Source: Octopus sinensis
Taxonomy: Eukaryota
Assembly: GCF_006345805.1 (NCBI RefSeq)
Contig: NC_042998.1
Span: 5,766,001 to 5,830,000, forward strand
DNA length: 64,000 bases
Reading direction: 5' to 3'
Shown here: piece by piece, positions 51,790 to 63,879 of the stretch
Layout of the letters: every line of letters begins with the position of its first letter
Position numbering within the stretch: the stretch's first letter is position 1
The notes under the pieces: generated by a model
What the model was told of the DNA's origin: nothing
Database searches by the model: none
Seen by the model: the letters and a program-made list of their open reading frames with translations, nothing else
Made by a program: the position numbers and the translations under genes

Positions 51790-52360
51790 TAACTGTGGAG
51801 GGAACCTGTGGCAGAGGTAGACCCAGGAAGACATGGGACGAGGTGGTAAAGCACCTCGTCCCATGATCTCTGAATTTTAGGCCTCACAGAGGCAAGGACT
51901 GGTGACCAAGATGTTTGGCAATATGCTGTGCTCGAGCCAAGTGACATTATAGTCATGGCTGATGCTGGTGTCACACACCTGGCACCCACACTGGTGACAT
52001 GTAAAAAGCACCTTTCAAATGTTGGGCCCAATGGAGGCAATGACGAATGACCAAGACCTTTGGCATTTTGCTGTGCCTGAGAAGAAGACCCATCAAGCCA
52101 AGTAAAATCACAGTCATGGCAGATACTGGTGTCACGCACCTGGCACTTGTGCCAGTGACATGTAAAAGCACCCATTACACTCCAATAGTGGTTGGCATTA
52201 GGAAGAGCATCCAGCCGTAGAAACCATGCCAAATCAGACTGGAACCTTGTGTAGACTTCAAGCTTGCCAGCCCTGATCAAACCGTCCAACCCATGCCAGC
52301 ATGGACAATGGACGTTAAAGGATGACGACGACGATGATGATGAGGATGATGATGATGATG
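51790..52360 (+). mobile_element. SINE family C, long variant
   Basis: core gtggttggcattaggaagagcatccagcc, GAT tail, duplicated internal unit. Confidence 0.78.
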
Positions 52361-52761
52361 ATCCTCATTTAACATCTTTTCCATGCCAACAAGCTGTAGA
52401 GTTGTATTAGGGGCTATAATATTCTACTAGAACAGCCCCTAGCCAACCAAAATTTTGTGAAATGTATATATGTGTGTGTACATGTGTATGTTTATTAGCT
52501 TCTCCTTGCCTTGATTTCATGTGGTAGTTGTAACCACGTGTCACAGTCATGAAAGCGATGTCCTTCATTTCCAGTCATCCCTGAATACATGTCTACACAT
52601 GGGAAAATATTACCTTGCTTGGATACAGATAAAGGTTGGAAACAGGAAAGGAATCCACACATTTAAAATTTGTCTCAATAACTCCTTTTTGATCCATGCA
52701 AGCATGGAAAAATAGATATGAAAACAATAATATGGTAATGTGTGAACAAAGTGTAGGGTCC

Positions 52762-52990
52762 TCTGTGGCAGAAACGTTAGCACGCCGGGCGAAGTGCATA
52801 GCCGTGTTTCGTCTGCCGTTATGTTCTGAGTTCAAGTTCCGCCGAGGTCGACTTTGCTTTTCATCCTTTCGGGGTCGATTAAATAAGTACCAGTTACGCA
52901 CTGGGGTCGATATAATCGACTTAATCCATTTGACTGTCCTTGTTTGTTCCCTCTGTGTTTAGCCCCTTGAGGGTAGTAAAGAAATAGGCA
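52762..52990 (+). mobile_element. SINE family B, young full copy
   Basis: CpG-rich; gccgaggtcgactttgcttttcatcctttcggggtcgattaaataagtaccag. Confidence 0.88.
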
Positions 52991-54829
52991 TATTTGGTAG
53001 AAAGTACCTGGGATTGCATCTTGTCGTTTGAATGGTTATCTGCTTACATCTGATTTGATGATCAAAGTTAACCTGGAAATAAAAAGGGTAAAAGCATGAT
53101 AGAAACCCTAGTTCTTTGGCAAGAGGTACAACATCATAACATTGGTTAGTTTAAGTAATTTTCTTTTTTTTATATTACTTTATATCTCTTATCATTACCA
53201 ATTTTCCTATGAAAAAAAAAAAAGAAGCACTAAGCTGCAGACTGCAGAACCAAGACAGAAAGATTATCTGATTTAACCCACCTTTCAGCCTAAATGTATC
53301 ATTGAACATAGAACAGAAATTCATTGCATTAATCAGGAAGCATTTTGTCTGCAGCCACAGGTATCATAAGCTCCTTTTAAGAACTTGTTAAGGTCAATTA
53401 TCGTTGTGTTTCCTTTGAAAGAAACATAGCAGAAAGAAAAAACATCACAAAATCAACTACATTTCAGTTATTTATATATATATATATATATGTCCACTAA
53501 CTGGATGCTGCTGTAGCAATCTATCTTAAGCATGTGCTTAATAAATCTTGGCATACTGAACTAAAATCTTGTCATGAGATGGCATAGGAAAAAAATAAAA
53601 TTGGATCAAAAAAGCAGCTGTTTTAAATTAAGATGGATTATTCTGTAACAGATGTAAAAATGAAAAGATAAAATATGCTCCAACTGTACTGATATATTAG
53701 GATAAAATTAGGAATCCGAGGAAATTGGAATTTGAAAGAGATTAATATTGACAGTACAGTAAGCTATATGATCTATAATTGAAACTGATACCATTTGGAA
53801 AATGTTCGTTATGTATTTCCATATTTCCAGTGTTATAACTGCAAATGAGTTTGCTTTTCCCAATATATATATTTTGTATTATTGCATGGCATTTATTCTC
53901 TTTATTTTGATTTTCTTATGGTTTTTGCTTAAATTTTGTAATGGTGCAATCTACTAGTCTACTTTTGTTAACTTACAGTGAGATGACTGTATTTTGAATT
54001 ATGACATTTGTATTTCTCAGCATTGGACAACAGTTGTAGTAATAACCAAGCAAAAATTCTAGAACTTTTGTGCTTACAGTAATAAAAAACAAGTTAATTC
54101 GACTTGACACAAAACTATCCATGGCTTATACAGGTCACGTTGCTTTTCCCTGTGTGATAGTTTCCCACCTCTCTCATCAATTCTTGTTTAATTTAATTGG
54201 TCATTACCCATTTATTAATTACATGCAGTCTTCATAGTATACTTCAGCATATATTTTTATTAACCAAATGTTCTGTGATTTGTTGATTCTCAAATGCTCA
54301 TATTTATTCAACTGCTGAATAAATGAATACATTATGTTCCTAGTTAAATAAACAGAATGAAAAATTATACCCAATTTAGCATGATTCTGTGAATTGAACA
54401 TGCAACACGCAAATGATGTTCATCATTGATTATTCTTTAACTACTTCACAGCTACATTAAAAGTTGACGACACTAAAAGAAACAACACAACGGGAAAAAA
54501 AAAGAAGAAAAAAGAAAAAGTAGCCATGAATGGTAACACTACAAGGAGAACCAAAAAGTGGTATCTTCATGCTACCCATATCTCCACCATCAAAGTGGTG
54601 ATATGACAGCTGGTGACTAAAGAATAATCTCTATGAGCCAATATCAACATTGACATAATGCTGTACCTGATGTCTTTCCCTATAACAGAACATACAGCCA
54701 TGGTAAATAACTGCTTTTGACTGCTGTTTCTGGCATTTTTCTTGTACAGTGGTAAATTATATTTTGTTAGGTGTTTGTCTTACTAGCATTTTAGCCAGAT
54801 TTCAACTGGTCATTTCATTGCTGACATAC

Positions 54830-55240
54830 TCTCAGTCTCTTTTACTTGTTTCAGTCATTTGACTGTGGCCATGCTGGAGCACCGTCTTTAGTTGAATCAG
54901 ATCAACCCCAGGACTTATTCTTTGTAAGCCTAGTACTTATTCTATCGGCCTCTTTTGCCGAACCGCTAAGTTACAGGGACGTAAATACACCAGCATCGGT
55001 TGTCAAGCGATAATGGGGGTATGGGGGCAAACACAGACACAAACATATACACAAACATATATATATATATATATATACGACGGGCTTCTTTCAGTTTCCG
55101 TCTACCAAATCCACTCACAAGGCTTTGGTCGGCCCGAGGCTCTAATAGAAGACACTTGCCCAAGGTGCTACACAGTGGGACTGAACCCGGAATCATGTGG
55201 TTCATAAGCAAGCTACTTACCACACAGTCACTCGTACGCC
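54830..55240 (-). mobile_element. SINE family A
   Basis: full family A match. Confidence 0.9.
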
Positions 55241-55874
55241 TATACGTTTATATATCATCATCATCATCATTTTGTTGTTCACTTTTCCATGCTAACATGG
55301 GTTGGATGGAATTTGTTGTGGTGGATTTTCTGCTACTGGATGCCTCTCCTGTCACAGACTCATCTGTTTCCAAGTTAGGTAATATTTTCCCCATGACCAG
55401 AATATACACTGGAAGATTGGAAATGAAGGATACCACTTGCATGATAGTGCTTATTACCTTCACACAATGTCAAGGAAAGAATACAGTAATACCTACACAA
55501 AACATGCTCACATACATTCATACTTGAATCCGTTGGTCACAAATGACCATGGGTGCACAGAAAGTTGCCTCACCAGCAAACTCACAACCTAGGGTTGTTT
55601 TTATGGAAGACCAGCAGTCGCCCATGCATACCAGCCTCCCGTCTCCATGCCATCAGTGTTATCCAAGGGAAAGGCAAAGGCTGATACAGCTTGGCACCAG
55701 TGATGTCACAACTCATTTCTACAGCTGAGTGAACAGGAGCAATGTGAAATAAAGTATCTTGCTCAAGAACACAACACGCAGCCCTGCCCGGGTTTTGAAC
55801 TCACAACCTCACGATCGTAAGCTTGATGCTCTAACCCCTGTGTCATGTGCCTTCACATACATACATACATACAC

Positions 55875-55905
<31 letters not shown>

Positions 55906-56623
55906 TGTTTGTATGTATGTATGTATGTATGTATCTACACATATACATACATACACATATGCATGTAATTTATTGTGTATGTATGTATCTACATACACAA
56001 TAACTTTCTTTCGTTTTCCATTTACCAAGTCCACTCACAAAGCTTTGGTCAGCCTGGGGCTATAGAAGAAGACATGCCAAGTGCCATGTAGTGGGACTGA
56101 ACCTAAAACTATATGGTTGGGTAATAAACGTTATACCACACAGCCACACCTATACCTATATATTAAAAAAAATCACTTTTTGCCACTTTCTTTCCATCTG
56201 AAATTCCTACACTTGCTGCACAGGCAGTGATAACTTTTCAATTAAACTGAAGCTATTTAAGCACACATCCAGTTCTTAGCAAAAGCATTGACATTCATAA
56301 GATAGCTATTAATGAACCCTTTGGGCTATATAAATTCATTAGATTGCCTTTTGGGTCCTGGACTTTTGTGATTTTCTTCCAAAGATTTATTCATGAAGTG
56401 ACTCACTGTTTGAATTTTGTGCTTGCTTGTATCAATAATCATCAACAGTTGTGAGTTTCCAATTTCTACTTCATTATGAAAATTGTGTGTATTTCTTGGC
56501 TCAGGGAATTTCTACAGACCTTATATAACTTACTCTTGAACTGAATTGTTTTGTAATCAGAAAAAAAAAAGTTGAGAACATTCTTTTAATGCTGGAAGAA
56601 TTATGGTTGTTTAACAAATTTAA

Positions 56624-56849
56624 CCCTTTTCAGACAAAGCTGCCTGAAACCACTTCTGGCTTTTTAACACCAAGGTACCATTTAAAAGCAACCTTAATAA
56701 AAAATTTTCCATTAAAATTTCAGATTAATTTATGTTCCAAGCACCAACTTAATCATAACACTTTTTTTTTTTTACAAAACTTTTCATTATTTTCAAAATG
56801 AATGAAAACAAAATGTAAAGTACTCAACAGAAATATGGTAATGAAAGGG
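56624..56849. mobile_element. piggyBac-like MITE
   Basis: TTAA-ccctttt ... gaaaggg-TTAA. Confidence 0.72.
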
Positions 56850-56959
56850 TTAATGAAAAATGATTCTCAACTCACTGATACAAGATGCATTTCCTTTTCT
56901 CAACAGGTGAATGTTTCTAATGTAGAAATTGCTTTACAACAATGCATTAAAAGATTCCT

Positions 56960-57120
56960 GGCAAACTTTGTTATTATTTACATTGGACGGATATGTGTCC
57001 TCATCTTGTTTGCTGTTACCACAACATTTCGGCTGATTTACTCTCCAGCCTTCATCAGGTGTCCTGGTAGAATTTTGAACCCAATCCTGGGTTCTCATTC
57101 CTAAGGTATTATTTTGCTGA

Positions 57121-57125
<5 letters not shown>
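56960..57125 (-). mobile_element. Penelope-like terminal-repeat fragment
   Basis: contains a minimal hammerhead motif and adjoins an (ATT)n tract. Confidence 0.6.
57018..57064 (-). ncRNA. Minimal type I hammerhead ribozyme motif (degenerate)
   Basis: ggacac-CTGATGA-a-ggctg-gagagtaaat-cagcc-GAAA-tgtt-gtggt: both core boxes and a 5-bp stem II. Confidence 0.65.
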
Positions 57126-57164
<39 letters not shown>

Positions 57165-57166
57165 TG

Positions 57167-58183
57167 CAGAAGTTTTATTTTTATAACGTGCTTTCACTGC
57201 ACTACCAAGCGCAGCTCTGTGTGCCTTGGGTATATGCTATGGTTTGCTGTGATGCTGTTATGGTTACAGTATTGAAAGTGTTTTACATAGGATGCGTGTA
57301 GTGCCTAGTAGTGCTATTTTCTGCCTGTTATATATATTTGTTAGTCCTGGTGTTTTCATTATGTCTTTGTCTGAATATTTTTTTTATCATACCTAATGCG
57401 CCCACTATGATAGAAATTGTTTCTGTTTTTAGACTCCACATTCGAGTTACCTCTATTTCCAGGTCTTTCTATTTTGAAAGTTTCTCCATTTCTTTTAGAG
57501 ACACGTCATCTGCTGGTATTGATACATCAATTAGAAAGCATTTTTTTCTTCATGATCTCTGACAACTATATCGAGCCTGTTGGCCTTAATTTCTCTATCT
57601 GTGTGTATCGGCAAATCCCATAGTATGATTGCTTTCTTTCTTGTTTTCTGTGACCTTTTCTGGCGTATGCTTATACCATCTTTTTTCTGTTGGTATTCCA
57701 TAGTCTTGGCATAGCTTCTAGTGTATTTAAGTCCCAACTCCGTTGTGTCTGTGAATATATTCCTTCATATCTAAAACTGGGTAACCAGAGACAATATGAT
57801 TGATTGCTTCTTGTCCATCTCCACATATTCTGCAGTTACTTGTTATGTTTCTTTTCATTACATGTTTTTGGTAATTTCTGGTGGGGAGGCTTTGGTCTTG
57901 TGCTGCAATTAAAAATCCTTCACTCTCTTCTTTGAGTCCTGAGCTTCTCAGCCATTGCTGGGATTTTGCTTTGTCTATTTCTTTTGCGTTTAGTTTAGAC
58001 CAGTATTTGCCATGAAGAGGTTTTTCTTGCCATCGTTTTATCATGGTCCATTGCTGTTCTAGTTTGAGTTTGGATTTCATTTGTTTTACAGCTTTTGTTG
58101 TTTCTTCTTCTTCTTCATAGTTGTTAATTAGTATGACTTCTTGTTTGTATTTGTCAGCTTCCTTAAAAACTGAAAACAGTTTT
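57167..58183 (-). mobile_element. 5'-truncated older Dong/R4 copy (subfamily A)
   Basis: KPLHGKYW...SGLKEESEGFLIAAQDQSL...CRICGDGQEAINHIVSG; ILWDLPIHTDREIKANRLDIVV; (ATT)n flanks. Confidence 0.92.
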
Positions 58184-58218
<35 letters not shown>

Positions 58219-58219
58219 T

Positions 58220-58368
58220 CCATCAAAGTGACACCAGGGTACAAATATACGAAGCCCAGTATACCCATCATGCCCACCCGTCTGATAAGGGTACACCAGG
58301 CACATGCATCACAACCACATGTGGGTGACATGGTGATCTCATATCAAAATTAAAAGCCCATGACCTGA
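58220..58368 (-). mobile_element. Fragment from the 3' part of the ~545-bp element
   Basis: catcaaagtgacaccagggtacaaatatacgaagccc..., abuts (ATT)n next to the Dong copy. Confidence 0.82.
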
Positions 58369-58494
58369 TACTAATATAATGATATTTTCACAAATAATGA
58401 CAAAATCACTTCTGTTTACATTGATACCGTGAACACCCAATACTACTGTTAAAAAATCACAACTAAAAGTGATAGGATAGTGCACTGCTTCATC

Positions 58495-59030
58495 ATCATC
58501 ATCATCATCGTTTAGCGTCCGCTTTCCATGCTAGCATGGGTTGGACGGTTCAACTGGGGTCTGTGAAGCTGGAAGGCTGCACCAGGCCCAGTCTGATCTG
58601 GCAGTGTTTCTACGGCTGGATGCCCTTCCTAACGCCAACCACTCCGTGAGTGTAGTTTTTTCCTTTTTACGTGCCACCGGCACAGGTGCCAGACGAGGCT
58701 GGCAAACGGCCACGATCGGATGGTGCTTTTTATGTGCCACCGGTACGGGGGCCAGGCTAGGCTGGCAATGGCTATGAACGGATGGTGCTTTTTACGTGCC
58801 ACCGGCACGAGGCCAGTCGGGGTGGCGCTGGCAACGGCCACGTTCGGATGGTTCTCTTACGTGCCACCGGCACTGGTATCACAGCTGCAATTTCCATTGA
58901 TGTTGATCGATTTCGATTCTCACTTGCCTCAACAGGTCTTCACAAGTAGAGTTTTGTGTCTCCAGAAGGAAAGGTATGCATAAGTGGACTGGCACAACCC
59001 GGGTTATGGTCTCACTTGTCCTAAGTAAAA
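58495..59030 (-). mobile_element. SINE family C with about four internal units
   Basis: CAT tail, core, repeated ggatggtgctttt..gtgccaccgg. Confidence 0.85.
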
Positions 59031-60590
59031 ATGCATATGTAAAATGTTAAATTTTGCATTATGATGGTCGTGCATTTGTTGGACTGTTTTAAGCCTTGTG
59101 AACCTTTATTTCATGGTTTATGAAAATGTTATATAATATTTGTATGTTATTTTAATCCCCCAAATTTTCTACTTGTAAATATATTTTTGTTTCATTTGTA
59201 CAATTACAAACTCACTGCTAAAAGGCTACAACAGCAAGGTGACAGTGTGTTTTGAACAATTGCCTTCATATTTCCTAGCTTTGGGCTTAGATCTACCATA
59301 AATGACTTGGTTCACATAATTATAGCTCAGCCAATTGGATCATTTGATAAGCTGAAATCTTCCGGCCAAACGGTCTATAGTAGATTCTAGAACTTTTGGG
59401 CCGACAGTATAAAAAAGTCGAATTCATATTTAGGCAGAGCTATCCTAGGTTTCTATAGGATATGTTGCTTTTCCCACCTCTCTCAACTCTTCTCCTTGCA
59501 TAACTTAACTGGCTATTACTAATTATAAGCTGTCTTCATATTCCATGTCAGCATATATTTGCATTAACCGAATGTTCTTTAATTCATTAATACTCAAATG
59601 CTGTTATTTATTCAACTGCTGAAAAAATGTATATATTAAGTTCTCAGTTAAATAAACAGAATGAAAAAATATACTCAATTACGTGTGATTTTGTGAACTG
59701 AACATGCAGAACACAAATGTTATTATTCATTATTGATTATCCATTAACTACTCCGCAGGCACACTTAGAATTATTATTTGCTTTACTCTAGTTGTTCTTT
59801 AACTTAAGGCTGGTGTTTATTAAGTAAATCTACGATTAGAGGCATTCCAGCAGTGGCCATTCCATCTTTTTGTATATTAGCGAGTAGATTGGCCAAGTGC
59901 CATTCTACTTATAAGACAGTTAGGTGCAATTTGAGAGCATTTGTCTACTATTTCTAGCAGCAGTCAAGTGATCACATAGAGGCTTTCAGTTACTCTCTCT
60001 CTCTCACTAGCTCAATTTATTCTCATAATTTCTATGAAGGCTGGAATATATTTCCTTGAGAACAGTGCTTCTCTTAAATTTTGCATATATGTGAACAGCT
60101 CTTCTTTTCTCACTCTCTCTCCATCTCTCATTGGCTCATGTTATTCTTATAACTTTTACATAAAGAAAATGCAAGCTGGAAGATATTATTTTCTTGAGAT
60201 CAATGCTTTTCTCTTAAATTTTGTATCTATGTGGACAACTACTACTTTCACTGAAGTAAACACATTACTAAAATTTACTTTAGATGGTTGCAGAGAAATT
60301 GTCGCCATGAGCTGCATGTCTTTAATAACCAGGGGAGGAATTTTGTTACAAATTTTTAACTTATTTGAATTTTAATATGAATATGTGTAGAAAATTTCTT
60401 TCTGCAATTATTATTAAAATTTAAATTCTAATTTTAGCATTTAAATTTTAATAAGTATTGATTTCCTGTTTCTTCAGTTTCATGTTTTTGCAATTAACTC
60501 ATTCTCCAGTTGATACTGGGTGCTCCAGTTCAGCTTGAATGTAATCTCTAGAATAGTTTGAACTCAGAACCTTTACCTCTTACAAAAAAC

Positions 60591-60806
60591 GGGATCTTTT
60601 CACTTTGACTGGCAGATTTAAAAAATGATTTCTTTGTAACTAAACACTTTTAAACTTCGTATACTGGTAGAATGTGTCACATAAAACATCTTTTTCTCTT
60701 GGCGTTCTTGAGAAAATTCTGTAGTTTGTAAGCTATTTGTTGTTAAATTTCTTGTATTTTGGCAATTTGAACCAATCAATGACGTCTATTGAGGTGAAAA
60801 GATCCC
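60591..60806. mobile_element. MITE, superfamily unassigned
   Basis: inverted ends gggatcttttcac ... gtgaaaagatccc. Confidence 0.65.
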
Positions 60807-61269
60807 AAAAAAGAACTTTAAAACTGGTGAAGCAACAAACAAAATACCTAATAGGATTCATGAAGTTATATCCCTTTATATTGTGAGCTTGAATTCAGGT
60901 CTACTATGTCTTTCATTCTTCAGAGGTCAATAAAATAAGAACCACATGTATAAATTACTCATCTGTTTCATCTGATCTGCATCACCCATGTAATTGTAGA
61001 TTACTATATGCTAAGGTATGGTATACAAAAGCCAGCATCGTGGATCAGAAAGCATGGAATAATATTATCACTAGAGTCTGTCATCGAGCAGCACCCACAA
61101 CAGTGTATTGGTTGAGAGGAGAGCCTCCACCCCACTGATCACCAGATAGGGATTAAAGAACAAGGAGAATCATGGTCTACAAACAGTGTATCATATTCAT
61201 TCACTTGAGGTTCAGCACAAGTAGATAGAAAATAATTTTTCATTTTTCTATGTGGTTGCTAGTAAATTA

Positions 61270-61632
61270 GGCATGGTTGCATGCTAAGAAATTTGTTTCT
61301 CAACCACATGACTCCAGGTTCAATCTCATTGGGCAAGTATCTTTTACTTACAGCCCTGGGCCTACCAAAGCCTAGTGAATGGATATGGTATTTGGAAACT
61401 GATAGAAGCCCATCAAATATGTATATCTATGTGTGGCTCTTTGTGGTCATGTTTGTCCCCACCACTGTTTGACAACCGTTGTTGGTTTGTTTACACCCCC
61501 ATAACTTAGAGGTTCAGTAAAGAGAGACCAACAGAATAAGTAGTAGGCTTAAAGAAATGGTACTGGGGTTGATTTGTTTGACTAAACCCATCAAGATAGT
61601 GCTTCAGCATGGCTGCAGTCCAATGACTAAAA
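61270..61632 (+). mobile_element. SINE family A, diverged
   Basis: family A head, body and tail recognisable. Confidence 0.8.
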
Positions 61633-61929
61633 CAAATGCTAGGTAATTCACCACTTTTTAATTTTGCATTTCACTTATCTCAAACAGTGAACCTGCTATG
61701 CATGACAGAGAAGAGAGACTATATTTCCTCCAGGCATATACGAAACAATAGTCTATCTTTCTTTCTCTTTTGTTTATATGTTCTGTTATCAACAACATTT
61801 GAAAATAAAATAAAGCAAAAGGAATTAACTGATTGATTTTTGAGTTATCAGTTTCTTCAAAAACCTTTCGAAGAGAAGTATTTTAAAAACTTCCACTCTA
61901 TTGCATTTCTAGGATGAATTCATTCTTAC

Positions 61930-62590
61930 TCTCAATATTGGTTTCACATTTTGGCACAAGGCCAGCAGTTTCAGGGAAGTAGGCAGGTCAATTACATTGA
62001 CCCCAGTGTTCAATTGGTACTTTTTCATCGACAACTGAAAGATGAAAGTCAAAGTGGACCTGAAACAGAATTTGAACCCAAGACATACAGACAGACAAAA
62101 TGCCACTAAGCATGTTGCCCAGCATGCTAATGATTCTTATTTTTTTATTGTCCACAAGGGGCTAAACATAGAAGGGACAAACAAGGGCAAAGGGATTAAG
62201 TCGATTATATCGATCCCAGTGCGTAACTGATACTTATTTAATTGACCCCAAAAGGATGAAAAGCAAAGTTGACCTTGGCGGGATTTGAACTCAGAATGTA
62301 CTGGCAAACGAAACATCACTAAGCATTTCGCCCGGCATGCTTACGATTCTGCCAGCTCACTGCCTTAAAGAACCAGAATAATTATTCCTTTCTACTAAAG
62401 GGACAAGGCCTGAAATTTTAGGTGAGTAGGACTAGTCAATTACATCGACCCCAGTGCACTTATTTTATCACCCCCTAAAGGATGAAAGGCAAAAATCAAT
62501 TTTGGTAAGATTTGAACTCAGAACGTAAAGACAGTGAAAATGCCACAAAGCATTTTGTCCAGCGTGTTAATGATTTTGCCAGCTTGTCAC
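61930..62590 (-). mobile_element. Three tandem family B SINEs
   Basis: three units each containing atttgaac(t/c)ca..a and aaggatgaaa or a close variant. Confidence 0.75.
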
Positions 62591-63231
62591 CTTATTCCTG
62601 CTTTCAATATTGATCTTAGATTTGCTACCACTGAAATACTTTATTCTACATCCACTGATTCTTCTTTTGAAATTCCTTTAAACTGGGAGTCACTGATATT
62701 ACATGTAAATTTGATATCCATTTTTATATTATTTTCCAAATGTAAAAAGTTATAGAAAAGATTATTCTAATGGAGAAGAAAATAAAAAGAGAATTTCTCT
62801 CAAAATTTGAAGAACACAAATTTCATGTTTTGAAAATATTGGACTATGGTGCAGCATGGATTTATCTTGTGAAATCATGTATCATCACTTACATAATAAT
62901 GAGATTTATATCAATATTCTCATTTAAATATGAATAGGTAATAACAGGCAGATGATAATTTAGACGCATGAAAATTTTGGGTAGGTTAGTAACAAAAGAG
63001 TTGAAATATGATTGTATGTATGCATGCATGTATGTATATTTTAATGAATAATGCATTTTTGCCTCTGCCTACCCTATTGAAAATATATACCATTTCCATT
63101 TATATATTAGGAATGTGTTGATAATAACAGTACTTGCAGGATGGGAAAACTGAAATTTAACATATATATATATATATATATATACATAGGTGCATGCAAT
63201 CATATTGTGTGCATGTTTGAATGATGCATTT

Positions 63232-63444
63232 ATATTGCTGAGAAATTCCTGGCTTTAAGGGTATCATGGAAGGCTTGGATGGAGGCCTAACCTTCCAAGT
63301 TCTTTTACAGGGATTAGAAAAACCAAGGGACAGCTGCAATAAGTGTGTGAATCTGAAGGGGGAATATGTTGGATAAAATCATAATTAACTGATCCTCCTG
63401 TATTTTCTTTTACCCAAAGCCAAGAACTTTTCAACACCCCTGCA
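63232..63444 (+). mobile_element. Mariner-derived MITE
   Basis: tgctgagaaattcctggcttt ... aaagccaagaacttttcaaca inverted ends; same family as 1-148. Confidence 0.78.
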
Positions 63445-63879
63445 TATGCATGTATGTATGTATATATATATATATATCTGTATTTACACACACACATGCG
63501 CGTGCAGATACTCGTACATACGCATGATAGAAGAGGATAGGCTGCAATGAGTAATGTAAATATACAAATAGACTTTTTTTTTCTAAGATATTTTTTTCTA
63601 AGCAACATCTCTATAATAATATTTCTTCAATTTAGTTACCTAAGGAGATTCAATCATATTTTGAAATAAAATTCTAGAACCTTAATAGCAGTTGTCATTC
63701 CTAAGCCATTATATTAACCGGCGCCAGACCCTTGCGCATCAAAGACAGCGAATAAAATGACAGCAGCATATTCCAAACTATTTTTGTTTTATACTTTACT
63801 TCTCATATTCTTTATATTTTGTTTCTTGCTTAACTGTTATATATATATTTTTAATATTTTGTTTATTCTTTCTTGGCAG

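Noticed and set aside
53333-53412. Naming the CGCR peptide as a TGF-beta ligand C-terminus
   Set aside because: The preceding residues do not fit the M-x-V-x-x-C-x-C pattern and no upstream cystine-knot exon was found.
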